Shown piece after piece: positions 33,062 to 43,119 of a stretch of 64,000 bases of DNA (position 1 is the first letter of the stretch; the number at the start of each line of letters is the position of its first letter). A program made the translations under genes and the position numbers. Origin of the DNA: Acholeplasmataceae bacterium (lineage in GTDB: Bacteria; Bacillota_I; Bacilli_A; Acholeplasmatales; Acholeplasmataceae). Location of the stretch: contig OY763415.1 of assembly GCA_963667565.1 (NCBI GenBank), positions 1,536,001 through 1,600,000 of the forward strand, given 5' to 3'. The notes under the pieces are model-generated. The model did not search any database. It saw only the letters and a program-made list of their open reading frames with translations, and was not told the DNA's origin.

Positions 33062-33805
33062 ATGATTTGGGGTATTCCTATTTGGAAATTTATAATTGAA
33101 TTTTATATCGTATTTATTTTAGTCTTATTTTTAATTAAAGTATTAACAAGTCATAAGAAATTTATGAGTTTGGGTATTGTCTACCTACTCTTGTTTATTG
33201 CTTATAAGATCCTACAGTACTTTGAAATTACATTAGCATCTGAACTTTTATTGTATGTAGTGACATGGTATCCACTTGTAACTGTAGTTATTATGGCTCC
33301 TGAAATAAGAAGATCTTTAGACCTTATTTGGAAAAAAGAAAGCAAAAATGAGTTTTTAGTGGGTAGTGATCAAACTAAAAAACATATTGTTGATGCTACA
33401 TTTGAATTAGCTAGTCACAAAATTGGTGCTCTTATAACGATTGAAAAGCATAATACGCTTGATCAATATGCAGAAAGAGCAATCATGATGAATAGTGATG
33501 TTTCAAGAGAAGTATTAACCAATATTTTTACACCACTTACACCACTCCATGATGGTGCTGTTATCATTAGAGGAGATAAAATCTTATGTGCAGGTGCTTA
33601 TTTCGTATTATCAGAAAATGAAAATTATGATAAAACGATGGGTTCTAGACATAGAGCGGGGTTGGGTATTAGTGAGGTCACTGATAGTTTAACCATTTTA
33701 GTTTCAGAAGAAACTGGTAATGTATCGATTGCTGTTGAAGGCATTTTATTAAAGATGAATGATCCTGAAAAGCTTTCTGAATATATTAACATGTTCTTAA
33801 AGTAG
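33062..33805 (+). CDS. cdaA: Diadenylate cyclase CdaA
   Basis: Three N-terminal TMs; PLHDGAVII, GSRHRAG.G, VSEETG. Confidence 0.93.
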   Translation: MIWGIPIWKFIIEFYIVFILVLFLIKVLTSHKKFMSLGIVYLLLFIAYKILQYFEITLASELLLYVVTWYPLVTVVIMAPEIRRSLDLIWKKESKNEFLVGSDQTKKHIVDATFELASHKIGALITIEKHNTLDQYAERAIMMNSDVSREVLTNIFTPLTPLHDGAVIIRGDKILCAGAYFVLSENENYDKTMGSRHRAGLGISEVTDSLTILVSEETGNVSIAVEGILLKMNDPEKLSEYINMFLK

Positions 33806-33817
33806 AGGTGATTTGAT

Positions 33818-33982
33818 ATGAAGAAAATATTATTAGGTATATTTGAACCATTTTATTATTTGTATCAAAGAAAGTTATCTGATAAAATCATCACATTTTT
33901 AAAAAGATTCCCGATAGTCCAATATGTACTTGCTGCACTTGTGACTGTAGGTATTTTATATTTAGTATTAGTAGGTTTTTAA
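33818..33982 (+). CDS. Small 54-aa membrane protein (not in the supplied ORF track)
   Basis: GAGGTG RBS; MKKILLGIFEPFYYLYQRKLSDKIITFLKRFPIVQYVLAALVTVGILYLVLVGF; fills the gap between cdaA and the next gene. Confidence 0.75.
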   Translation: MKKILLGIFEPFYYLYQRKLSDKIITFLKRFPIVQYVLAALVTVGILYLVLVGF

Positions 33983-33997
33983 TATAGAGGTGACTGT

Positions 33998-35575
33998 GTG
34001 TTACAACATCCGATTTATCCACTAATCATTTCAATATTCACACTTGTTCTTGTTGTGATGCAAAGCGTTCAAAACGAGAAAGTGCTTAAATTTCGAATGG
34101 TGATTGCTTTTTTTGATTTAGCAATGACCGTTTTTGTCTTTTCCGTTTATGAACAAATGATTCTAGGAAACGACTTATACGAAGAAATATATATGATCTT
34201 TAATTTTGTTGTTTATGGTATTTTCATGCTTGTCCTCTATGGTACATTTAGAACATCAATATTAAAAGCCAATCATTATCAACTCTTTGTTAAATCAATT
34301 AAAAATAGTCGTTGGAACGCATATTATGTTGTGGATAAGAGAGAAAGAATCAAAGATATTTCTTCAAGCCTACTCATTGAACTTAACATGGAAAAAGAAG
34401 ATGTGATTGGTAAGAAGCTATTTAATGTATTTAATCAATCTATTCGATTTACGAAATTTAACACGACAGAAATTAACAATAGACAGTTAGAAAATTATTT
34501 CTTAGAATATAAAAAACGTGCAAAAATAGGTGATGAAGAAATTCAAGAACTATCGTTTTTAAATAACGAAGGGGACCCAGTTATTTTGCATATGGTGATG
34601 CAACCTGTATTTGTCATGGGGAAATATAAGGGAAGAATTTGTGTTGGTGAAAAGAAAACAGATTTTGATCTACTTGCTGTTGAAAAAGAATTGAATCAAA
34701 GAAATTCTGAGCTTGAAAGTATTAGATATAAATTTATCGCAACACTCGACTTAAGCGAAGAAGGTCTGTTTTATATTGACCTAGATGATCGAAGCATTTG
34801 GGCAAGCGATCATTTAGTACAAACGCTACATTTACCTGGAAACACACTCGATTTAACTGATTTCAGAAGATTAATTGAACCAGAAGACTTAAAGAAGTAT
34901 TTGGCTTTATTGGGCGAATTAAGCATGAACAAAAGACAATATCAAATATCATATCGCATCATGGTTGAAGGCGCATATGTATGGTTTAAAGAAAAAGGTA
35001 TTAGGCTTTTTGATGACCAAAATTCTTCAACCATTATGGGCACATTGAAACCACAAAAAACAAAGCATTTCCAAGCATCAAACATTGATGAACTTGATTT
35101 ATTAAAAGACCATAATGACTTTATGGTTCATATGCATAAATTATTTAGAGAAGGTAAATATTTTCAATGTCTTATCTTTAGACTTAAAAACATGTCTGTA
35201 ATCAATGAGTCTTATGGACGAGAAGTTGGTAACATGCTGATGGCTGAATATATTAAAAAAATGAGAACAAATTTTGTTACAGAGAGTGGAGGTATCTTTA
35301 GAATCTCTGGTATAGAATTTGCAGTCTTATTAACAGACCCAAGAAAAATAGAAGTTCTTGAAAACGGAAACGCATCTAATCCTAAATTTTTAAATTTGGA
35401 AATGCAGTATGGATCAATTATGGCAGAGCTTGATGTATATGCTGGTATTGCAGTAGGTGGTAGTGATGCATCAGAAGAACATGCATTATACCAATGTGCT
35501 TTGCAAGCCGTCAAGGTTGCTGAAAATCCAAAGTATAGTGCGCAAGTTTGTTATTATAAAGATATTCAAGCATGA
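33998..35575 (+). CDS. Membrane protein with PAS-like domains and a degenerate GGDEF domain
   Basis: Three TMs; EDVIGK and IEPEDL...YVW PAS-like motifs; INESYGREVGNMLM...FRISGIEFAV. Confidence 0.8.
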   Translation: MLQHPIYPLIISIFTLVLVVMQSVQNEKVLKFRMVIAFFDLAMTVFVFSVYEQMILGNDLYEEIYMIFNFVVYGIFMLVLYGTFRTSILKANHYQLFVKSIKNSRWNAYYVVDKRERIKDISSSLLIELNMEKEDVIGKKLFNVFNQSIRFTKFNTTEINNRQLENYFLEYKKRAKIGDEEIQELSFLNNEGDPVILHMVMQPVFVMGKYKGRICVGEKKTDFDLLAVEKELNQRNSELESIRYKFIATLDLSEEGLFYIDLDDRSIWASDHLVQTLHLPGNTLDLTDFRRLIEPEDLKKYLALLGELSMNKRQYQISYRIMVEGAYVWFKEKGIRLFDDQNSSTIMGTLKPQKTKHFQASNIDELDLLKDHNDFMVHMHKLFREGKYFQCLIFRLKNMSVINESYGREVGNMLMAEYIKKMRTNFVTESGGIFRISGIEFAVLLTDPRKIEVLENGNASNPKFLNLEMQYGSIMAELDVYAGIAVGGSDASEEHALYQCALQAVKVAENPKYSAQVCYYKDIQA

Positions 35576-36096
35576 AACAATACATCAGAGAACAGATGCT
35601 TTTATTAAGAAAGCAATTGAATCAGGATTTGAAACTAAAGTATGATCAATTTATTATAAAAAAAATAAGAAATGATCAAGCATATAAAGAAGCACAAGTT
35701 GTAGGGATATATATGCCTATGAGATATGAAATAGATATTTTAGAATTACTTAAAGACCAAAAAACATTTGTGATTCCTAAAGTAGAAACAAACGATTTAA
35801 AGTTTTATAGATATGATCAACATGTTTTGTTAGCACCATCAACATTTGGTGTATTAGAACCAAAAGATAATAACTATCCATTTGATCAACAAATCGATTA
35901 TATGATTGTTCCTGCATTAGCCATATCAAAAGATATGTATCGTATCGGTTATGGTAAAGGCTTTTATGATCGTTATTTGATTAAAAATAGACCTAAAAAA
36001 GTGGTTGGTGTTGTATATCCATTTCAATATATTGAGTCATTTGAAGTTGATGCACACGATCAAGTATTAGATCAAATTTTTATAGGAGATTTATGA
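35572..36096 (+). CDS. 5-formyltetrahydrofolate cyclo-ligase
   Basis: FGVLEP, IVPALA, RIGYGKGFYDR. Confidence 0.93.
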   Translation: MKQYIREQMLLLRKQLNQDLKLKYDQFIIKKIRNDQAYKEAQVVGIYMPMRYEIDILELLKDQKTFVIPKVETNDLKFYRYDQHVLLAPSTFGVLEPKDNNYPFDQQIDYMIVPALAISKDMYRIGYGKGFYDRYLIKNRPKKVVGVVYPFQYIESFEVDAHDQVLDQIFIGDL

Positions 36097-37211
36097 ATAC
36101 TGCACTCATCGTAGCTGCTGGATCTGGAACGAGATCTGGTTTAAAAGAATCAAAAATATTATATAAAGTTTTGGATAAACCTATTTTTCTATACAGTGTA
36201 GAAACTTTTTTAGCACTAGGATTTGAGATTGTGTTGGTCGTTGCAAAAGAAAATATGAATGAAGTCAAATCTTATGTAGATGATCATGTTAAAGTTGTCA
36301 TGGGTGGAAAGACACGATCCGAAAGTGTTGCGTTAGGATTAAAGGTCGTTGAAACACCTTATGTGTTTATCCATGATGCAGCAAGACCAATGATTGACAA
36401 AGAAAATATTATGGCATTATCTAAAGCGCTCGAGCTAAAAGATGCTGCATGTTTATTTGAAAAAGTAACGCAGGCACTTAAGTTTTATGATGGTAAGACA
36501 TTAGAGACAAAAGATAGAGAAAAACACTTATTAGCACAAACACCACAGGCATTTTTAACTGAGAAAATAAGATTTGCAACACATAGAAATGAAATGTCAT
36601 TCGATGACGATATATCGCTTTATCAAAGCTATTATCCAGATGATGAAATTGGGGTGATTATGAATAATCAGCCTAATATGAAATTAACATATAAAGAAGA
36701 TTTTAATTATTTTAAATCAAACGTAGAAGGTAATGATATGCGCATAGGACATAGTTTTGATCTTCATCAACTTGTTGAAGGTAGAAAACTGATACTTGGT
36801 GGTATTGAAATTCCATATGAAAAAGGATTATTAGGGCATAGTGATGCAGATGTATTGCTTCATGCAATCTCTGAAGCTTTGCTTGGTGCACTTGCTTTAG
36901 GTGATTTAGGTTCTCATTTCCCTGATACAGATCAAGCATATAAAGATATCGATTCAAAAGTGATTTTGACAAAAGTGTATGAGATGGTAAAAGAACAAGG
37001 ATATGACATCGTAAATATAGATACTATGGTATATGCTGAAAAACCTAAGCTTAATCCATATATAGATCAAATAAGAAATCAAATTGCTTCCTTACTTAAC
37101 ATTAAATTAAATCAAGTGAGTGTTAAAGCAACCACATATGAAAAACTAGATGCTATTGGCCAAGGTTTAGCCATCGCTTCAGAAGCAACTATATTATTAA
37201 AGAAGGTATAA
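36093..37211 (+). CDS. ispDF: Bifunctional IspD/IspF
   Basis: IspD: AAGSGTR, GGKTRSESV, IHDAARP, QTPQAF. IspF: RIGHSFDLH, GHSDADVLLHA, VSVKATT. Confidence 0.93.
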   Translation: MNTALIVAAGSGTRSGLKESKILYKVLDKPIFLYSVETFLALGFEIVLVVAKENMNEVKSYVDDHVKVVMGGKTRSESVALGLKVVETPYVFIHDAARPMIDKENIMALSKALELKDAACLFEKVTQALKFYDGKTLETKDREKHLLAQTPQAFLTEKIRFATHRNEMSFDDDISLYQSYYPDDEIGVIMNNQPNMKLTYKEDFNYFKSNVEGNDMRIGHSFDLHQLVEGRKLILGGIEIPYEKGLLGHSDADVLLHAISEALLGALALGDLGSHFPDTDQAYKDIDSKVILTKVYEMVKEQGYDIVNIDTMVYAEKPKLNPYIDQIRNQIASLLNIKLNQVSVKATTYEKLDAIGQGLAIASEATILLKKV

Positions 37212-37212
37212 A

Positions 37213-37482
37213 ATGATTATAGAGACAGAATTTGGAAAATTTGAATTAATAAAAGATTATAGAGAAGCATTTGACTTGGTAAAATTCCAAGAGCGTTATG
37301 TAGATGTAGCGTTTGATAAATATACTTATATCGTTGGCGACATGTCTTCAGAAATGCTTAGACTTAAAGGATTTAGTACAGATGCTAAAAGTAAAACAGG
37401 GTTTAAACGTATTCCTGATTATCTAAATGAATCTTGTAGTTTTAATTGTGCATATTTTATTTTAAAAAGAATCAAAGAATAA
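37213..37482 (+). CDS. YutD/DUF1027 family protein
   Basis: KYTYIVGD, LRLKGF, DYLNESCSFNCAYFILK. Confidence 0.88.
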   Translation: MIIETEFGKFELIKDYREAFDLVKFQERYVDVAFDKYTYIVGDMSSEMLRLKGFSTDAKSKTGFKRIPDYLNESCSFNCAYFILKRIKE

Positions 37483-37561
37483 TTGTGTGAAAAAAATTAA
37501 ATAAATTGCAAGAAGTTTTCTTTTGATATATACTATATGTGCATAAAGGATGGTGATTACA

Positions 37562-37792
37562 ATGGATGAAACAAGAGCTCAAGTTGAGAGTTTAATCACA
37601 AAAGTCAGACCATATCTTCAAAGAGACGGTGGAGACATCGAAGTCGTTAGTGTTGAAGATGGTATTGTCTATGTCAAAATGTTTGGAGCGTGCGATGGAT
37701 GTGTCGCATTAGATGTTACATTAAAACAAGGGATAGAAACCATGTTGCTCGAAAATGTACCTGGAGTCATTGCCGTAGTAACTGTTGATTGA
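37562..37792 (+). CDS. NifU/NfuA C-terminal domain Fe-S carrier
   Basis: VRPYLQRDGGD, GACDGC, TLKQGIE. Confidence 0.92.
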   Translation: MDETRAQVESLITKVRPYLQRDGGDIEVVSVEDGIVYVKMFGACDGCVALDVTLKQGIETMLLENVPGVIAVVTVD

Positions 37793-37840
37793 TATATTTT
37801 GGGGCGATGTATAGTCGCCTTTTTGTTAGGAGAAATGTAT

Positions 37841-38689
37841 ATGAGTAGTAGAAAAGTAGGCGTTGTTGTAGATTCAACATTTAGATTGGATGACCAATAT
37901 GTTAAAGAAAACAATATTGGTGTTGCTAGTTTAAAAGTGATGATTGGAGATGCAGAATATGTCGATGGTGCTTTTGATCCAGAGTTGGTCGTTAAAGCAT
38001 TGCATGAGCATATTAAAGTTAAAACAAGTCAGCCATCACCAGATTTATTTATTGAAGCGTATAAGAAGCAGTTAGAAACATATGATGAAGTCGTATGTTT
38101 AACCATCTCTAAATCACTAAGTGGTACATTTAATAGTGCCAATTTAGCACAAACGATTTTAGATGATGAACGTGTGATTGTCATTGATACAGAATCAGCC
38201 ATCAGCGGATCCCTTTACTTAACAGAAAAACTTATTGAGTTTTTAAATGAAGGCAAAAGCGCAAGAGAAGCAAGTGTCTATATTGAAACATTAAAATCAC
38301 AAGGTTCTGTTATTTTTACTGTGGACAATTTACAAACACTTCATGACAATGGAAGACTTAGTCGATTACAAGCAGCGATTGGTAACATCTTAAAGATTAA
38401 ACCTATTTTAAGATTTAGAAGAGGTGTACTTGAAGTTGAACAAAAAGTTAGAGGATTTAGCAAAGCAGCTAAGTATTTAATTGATGAAGTCAAAAACATG
38501 ATTGATTTAGGTAAAAAAGCCATTGTTAGAATTGCATTTGTAGATAAGAGTGTAGAAGCAAAAGAATTAGAGTTAGAATTGTTTCAATTAGGCGATCAAG
38601 TTGATGTAAAAATCACAGGATATATATCACCTGTTGTCTCTGCTCATGTTGGGCTTGGTGGACTTGGTATATATTTAGCATTTGAATAA
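37841..38689 (+). CDS. DegV family fatty-acid-binding protein
   Basis: VVVDST, KTSQPS, ISKSLSGT, GRLS, IKPIL, AHVG. Confidence 0.93.
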   Translation: MSSRKVGVVVDSTFRLDDQYVKENNIGVASLKVMIGDAEYVDGAFDPELVVKALHEHIKVKTSQPSPDLFIEAYKKQLETYDEVVCLTISKSLSGTFNSANLAQTILDDERVIVIDTESAISGSLYLTEKLIEFLNEGKSAREASVYIETLKSQGSVIFTVDNLQTLHDNGRLSRLQAAIGNILKIKPILRFRRGVLEVEQKVRGFSKAAKYLIDEVKNMIDLGKKAIVRIAFVDKSVEAKELELELFQLGDQVDVKITGYISPVVSAHVGLGGLGIYLAFE

Positions 38690-38815
38690 AAAGATAGCAT
38701 AAAACCCCTCATTTTGAGGGTTTTTATTTTAATAAATAAAGTGGATACGATTTCAACCAGTAAACCTTTTAATTTCCTTATTTATTTGTGATATAATCTA
38801 TACGAGGTAATAAAT

Positions 38816-39139
38816 ATGAAAGTTAATGACCAAATCGTATGCAAAATCACAGGGTTGCAACCCTATGGTGTATTTGTATCTTATGAGGATTACGTTGGTT
38901 TAATTCATATTTCTGAAGTATCTGATCAATATGTCCAATCGCTTGATGACATCATGTGTGTTGGAGATGAAATTGAAGCAACCGTTCTAGAAATAGATGA
39001 AGAACAAAGACGTTTGAAGTTGAGTTACAAGCAATCTAATCCCGTCCATCCAAAAATTCAAAAGATGGTTAAAATTCAAATTGGATTTCACTCTCTATCA
39101 AAAGCATTACCTTTTTGGGTAGAGAAATCAAAAAAATAA
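38816..39139 (+). CDS. S1-domain RNA-binding protein (GSP13/CvfD-like)
   Basis: [28 protein letters not shown]. Confidence 0.88.
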   Translation: MKVNDQIVCKITGLQPYGVFVSYEDYVGLIHISEVSDQYVQSLDDIMCVGDEIEATVLEIDEEQRRLKLSYKQSNPVHPKIQKMVKIQIGFHSLSKALPFWVEKSKK

Positions 39140-39152
39140 GAGGTGTAGAGAA

Positions 39153-40460
39153 ATGGCACATATCAAATTAGTGTTAGATGACGCACGTCCTTTTTTAGAC
39201 GCGCAACCAGAATCAATTCAAGAGAAAGTTAATGAAGTTCACAACATGATCCACAATAAGTCTGGATTAGGGAACGATTTTTTAGGATGGTTAGATTTAC
39301 CATTCGATTATGACAAAGATGAATATCAAAGAGTTTTAAAAGCTGCTGATAAGATTAGAAAACAAAGTCAAGTGTTAGTTGTTATCGGTATTGGTGGATC
39401 TTATTTAGGTGCTAAAGCAGGGATTGAATTTTTAAAACAACCATTTGCTAAAGAAGATTTTGAAATTGTATTTGCAGGACATCAAATGTCGGGCAGTTAT
39501 TTAAATCATTTAGTCAATTATTTAGATGATAAATCATTTAGCATCAATGTGATTTCTAAATCAGGTACAACCACTGAACCAGCGATTGCATTTAGAGTCT
39601 TAAAAGATTTACTTGAAGCTAAAGTTGGAAAAGAAGAAGCAAAAGAACGTATTTATGCAACAACAGATAAAGCAAGAGGGGCATTATATACTGTCGCTAA
39701 AGAAAGCGGATATGAAATGTTTGTGATTCCTGATGATGTTGGTGGACGCTTTAGTGTATTAACACCTGTTGGATTATTACCACTTGCTGTCTATGGCGCA
39801 TCTACTGATATGATGTTAAAAGGTGCTCAAGATGCACACAAGCGTTTTAGCAATCCAAACTTAAGCGATAATGAAGCATATCTTTATGCAGCAACACGCT
39901 ATATGTTATATCATTTAAAAGGAAAAAAAGTAGAAATGCTTGTTGGTTATGAACCAAGATTATTATTCTTAAATGAATGGTGGAAACAATTATTTGGAGA
40001 ATCAGAAGGTAAAGAAAATAAAGGTATTTTCGTTGCCAGCGCTGGTTTTTCAACTGACCTTCACTCTCTTGGTCAATATATTCAAGAAGGCGAAAGACAT
40101 TTATTTGAAACAGTGGTTAAAGTTGGATCTCTAGAAAGTGATACAATCATCCCAACAGATGAAAAAGACTTAGACCAATTAAACTATATTTCTGGTAAAA
40201 AACTTTCTTATGTAAATGATCAAGCATTAAAAGGAACGATGATGGCTCACAAAGACGGAAATGTTCCTAATATGTTATTAGAAATACCAACACTTGATAG
40301 TTACACATTTGGTTATCTCGTTTATTTCTTTGAAAAAGCTTGTGCAATGTCAGCTTATTTATTAGAAGTAAACCCATTTAATCAACCCGGTGTTGAAGCA
40401 TATAAGAAAAATATGTTTGCGTTATTGGGCAAAAAAGGATACGAAAACATTTTAAAGTAG
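39153..40460 (+). CDS. pgi: Glucose-6-phosphate isomerase
   Basis: [41 protein letters not shown]. Confidence 0.97.
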   Translation: MAHIKLVLDDARPFLDAQPESIQEKVNEVHNMIHNKSGLGNDFLGWLDLPFDYDKDEYQRVLKAADKIRKQSQVLVVIGIGGSYLGAKAGIEFLKQPFAKEDFEIVFAGHQMSGSYLNHLVNYLDDKSFSINVISKSGTTTEPAIAFRVLKDLLEAKVGKEEAKERIYATTDKARGALYTVAKESGYEMFVIPDDVGGRFSVLTPVGLLPLAVYGASTDMMLKGAQDAHKRFSNPNLSDNEAYLYAATRYMLYHLKGKKVEMLVGYEPRLLFLNEWWKQLFGESEGKENKGIFVASAGFSTDLHSLGQYIQEGERHLFETVVKVGSLESDTIIPTDEKDLDQLNYISGKKLSYVNDQALKGTMMAHKDGNVPNMLLEIPTLDSYTFGYLVYFFEKACAMSAYLLEVNPFNQPGVEAYKKNMFALLGKKGYENILK

Positions 40461-40468
40461 GAATTTAG

Positions 40469-40927
40469 ATGAAGATAAAAGTAACACATTCTGTTGAAGA
40501 GACTAAATATTTGGGTTATGAACTAGGCTTATTGTTAAAAGATGTAGCGCATATCGTTATTTTATTAGATGGCGAATTAGGTGCAGGAAAAACCACATTC
40601 ACACAAGGTTTAGCAGATGGCTTAGGCATTAAACAAATCGTTAACTCTCCAACGTTCACAATTATGAAAAAATACACAACACCAGATAGATTAAGATATT
40701 TATATCATCTTGATCTTTATCGCTTGCAAGAAGCAGGCAGTGATTTTGATTTAGAAGAATATATTGATGGACAAGGCATGATCGTCATTGAATGGCCTTT
40801 CCAAGTGAAAGAATTTATGCCAACTGACTATATTGGTGTACAAATTAAAAAAGTGGATGATGATACAAGAGAGTTTACACTTGAATGTTTTGGATATCCA
40901 TGTAAGAGAGCGATTCAAGCGATATGA
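40469..40927 (+). CDS. tsaE: tRNA t6A biosynthesis ATPase
   Basis: GELGAGKTT, SPTF, HLDLYRL, IEWP. Confidence 0.95.
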   Translation: MKIKVTHSVEETKYLGYELGLLLKDVAHIVILLDGELGAGKTTFTQGLADGLGIKQIVNSPTFTIMKKYTTPDRLRYLYHLDLYRLQEAGSDFDLEEYIDGQGMIVIEWPFQVKEFMPTDYIGVQIKKVDDDTREFTLECFGYPCKRAIQAI

Positions 40928-41523
40928 AAACACTGATTTTTGATGTATCCACTCAAGTGATGTATGTTGGTTATGCAAAAGATGACCAACTCATTGATTT
41001 TAGCATTAGAATATCGATAAGAGACCATGCAAAATATTTAGTTGATCGTATTGATCAAGTGATTAAAAGAAACAAATTAACACTAGATGATATTGATCAA
41101 ATCATTGTTGGTTCTGGTCCTGGATCTTATACAGGACTTAGAGTTGCAGTGATGGTTGCTAAAATGATTGGTTTTACTAAAGAAATACCTGTTAAAACTG
41201 TCAGTAGTTTATTCTTTATGACCAGTGGTTATAAAGGAAAAGTTGCCGCATTAATTGATGCAAGACGTGGGTATGTTTTTTCTGCTATTTATGAAGATGG
41301 CAAAGTGCTTTTAGAAGATGGATATAGAGATTTAAAAGAACTTCAAACTACAGATATGTACAAACAAGCAAGAACAATCTTCATTGATGATAGAACCTAT
41401 GAAGTCGATATTAAACGTATATTGGAACATGCAACATTAGTAGAACATATTCATGATTTAATTCCAACATATCTTAGAAAAACAGAAGCGGAACACAATT
41501 ATGATAAGACACGCAAAAATTGA
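40924..41523 (+). CDS. tsaB: tRNA t6A biosynthesis protein TsaB
   Basis: GPGSYTGLR, IDARRG. Confidence 0.94.
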   Translation: MKTLIFDVSTQVMYVGYAKDDQLIDFSIRISIRDHAKYLVDRIDQVIKRNKLTLDDIDQIIVGSGPGSYTGLRVAVMVAKMIGFTKEIPVKTVSSLFFMTSGYKGKVAALIDARRGYVFSAIYEDGKVLLEDGYRDLKELQTTDMYKQARTIFIDDRTYEVDIKRILEHATLVEHIHDLIPTYLRKTEAEHNYDKTRKN

Positions 41524-41935
41524 GGATATTGCCGCTATTGTTAATATAGAGAAAAAAGTGTTTAGAGAAACACTTGGTGATCGATTTTTATATCAAGAGA
41601 TAAAAGAAAATCCATTCGCTCAATATTTTGTCTATGAAATGGGACATGAAGTCATTGGTTACATTGGTTATAGATATGATCAATCTTTTTGTGAAATGAT
41701 GAATTTTTGTATCATACCAACACATCAAAACGAAGGTTATGGTAAAGAACTTTTGGAAGTGTCGATGTTAGAAATGATAAACCTTGGCGCAAAAACGTTT
41801 ACGTTAGAAGTTAGAAACAGTAATTTAGTAGCCCAACACGTCTACGAACGTATGGGATTTAAGAAATCGCATATTAGAAAAAACTATTATCAAAATGAAG
41901 ATGCGATTGTCTATATAAAGGAAGTGCAAGCATGA
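41501..41935 (+). CDS. rimI: Ribosomal protein N-acetyltransferase
   Basis: GNAT LEVR.SN and RKNYY..EDA; position between tsaB and tsaD. Confidence 0.9.
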   Translation: MIRHAKIEDIAAIVNIEKKVFRETLGDRFLYQEIKENPFAQYFVYEMGHEVIGYIGYRYDQSFCEMMNFCIIPTHQNEGYGKELLEVSMLEMINLGAKTFTLEVRNSNLVAQHVYERMGFKKSHIRKNYYQNEDAIVYIKEVQA

Positions 41936-42939
41936 GAATTTTAGCAGTTGAATCAAGCTGTGATGAAACAAGTGTAGCGATTGTAGAAGATGGCAAAAAC
42001 GTCATTTCTCACGTTGTTTTATCACAAATAGATATTCATAAAATATATGGTGGTGTCGTTCCTGAAATTGCATCACGTAATCATATTGTCCATATGACTA
42101 GAGTTTTTGAACAAGCATTAAAAGAAGCAAACATGATGGCAAAAGATATAGATCTGGTTGCAGTCACTAAAGGTCCTGGACTTATTGGATCATTACTTGT
42201 TGGTATTAATGCAGCAACAACATTTGCGTTTGCTAATCAACTTCCAATCATCGGTGTTAACCATTTGATTGGGCATATTTATGCAGCAAATATTGAACAC
42301 GAAATAAAATTTCCAGCATTGATCTTACTCATCAGTGGTGGACATACAGAACTTTTATATTTAAAAGACCATATGGATATTAAAATGCTTGGAACAACCT
42401 TAGATGATGCTGTTGGTGAAGCATATGATAAAGTCGCAAGAACTTTAGGTCTTCCATATCCTGGTGGACCAGTCATTGATAAGCTATCAGTTGAAGGTAT
42501 GCCTACATATCAACTCCCAAGACCGCTCATTGATGATGAATCATTAAATTTTAGTTTTTCAGGTTTAAAAAGTGCAGTTATTAATTTAGTTCACAATGAA
42601 GAACAAAGAGGTAATGAAATTAATCAAGCAAATATGTGTGCATCATTTCAAAATGCAGTCATTGATGTTTTAATTACCAAAACTAAAAAAGCTGCAGAAA
42701 AACTTCAAGTCAATCAAATTATCGTCGCTGGTGGTGTAGCAGCCAATAAAGGCTTAAGAAAGCGCATATTCGATGAAATTAAAGATATAGAAATCATTAT
42801 TCCATCGATGAAATATTGCACGGATAATGCAGCCATGATTGGTGCGGCTGCATATCAACAATATCTTATAGAAGGTGCTAAAAAATCATATTTAATTGGC
42901 GGAGAATCAACCATTCCATTTGATTTATATGAAATTTAA
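41932..42939 (+). CDS. tsaD: tRNA N6-adenosine threonylcarbamoyltransferase
   Basis: [34 protein letters not shown]. Confidence 0.97.
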   Translation: MRILAVESSCDETSVAIVEDGKNVISHVVLSQIDIHKIYGGVVPEIASRNHIVHMTRVFEQALKEANMMAKDIDLVAVTKGPGLIGSLLVGINAATTFAFANQLPIIGVNHLIGHIYAANIEHEIKFPALILLISGGHTELLYLKDHMDIKMLGTTLDDAVGEAYDKVARTLGLPYPGGPVIDKLSVEGMPTYQLPRPLIDDESLNFSFSGLKSAVINLVHNEEQRGNEINQANMCASFQNAVIDVLITKTKKAAEKLQVNQIIVAGGVAANKGLRKRIFDEIKDIEIIIPSMKYCTDNAAMIGAAAYQQYLIEGAKKSYLIGGESTIPFDLYEI

Positions 42940-42954
42940 TAAAAATGAAAAAAC

Positions 42955-42990
42955 AAGAAATTTCGTAAAAACTCTACGAAATTTCTTTTC
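42955..42990 (+). terminator. Terminator after tsaD
   Basis: AAGAAATTTCGTA-7 nt-TACGAAATTTCTT 13-bp stem. Confidence 0.7.
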
Positions 42991-43119
42991 ATTTTCCATC
43001 CCCTTTTTCATATAGTTACAATTTCGTAATTTATTTGATATTAAAATATTTTGAGACTATAATATATACAAGGTAAGCAATGGGGCAAACTTTTATAATT
43101 TTTGGAGAATGAGGCTTTA

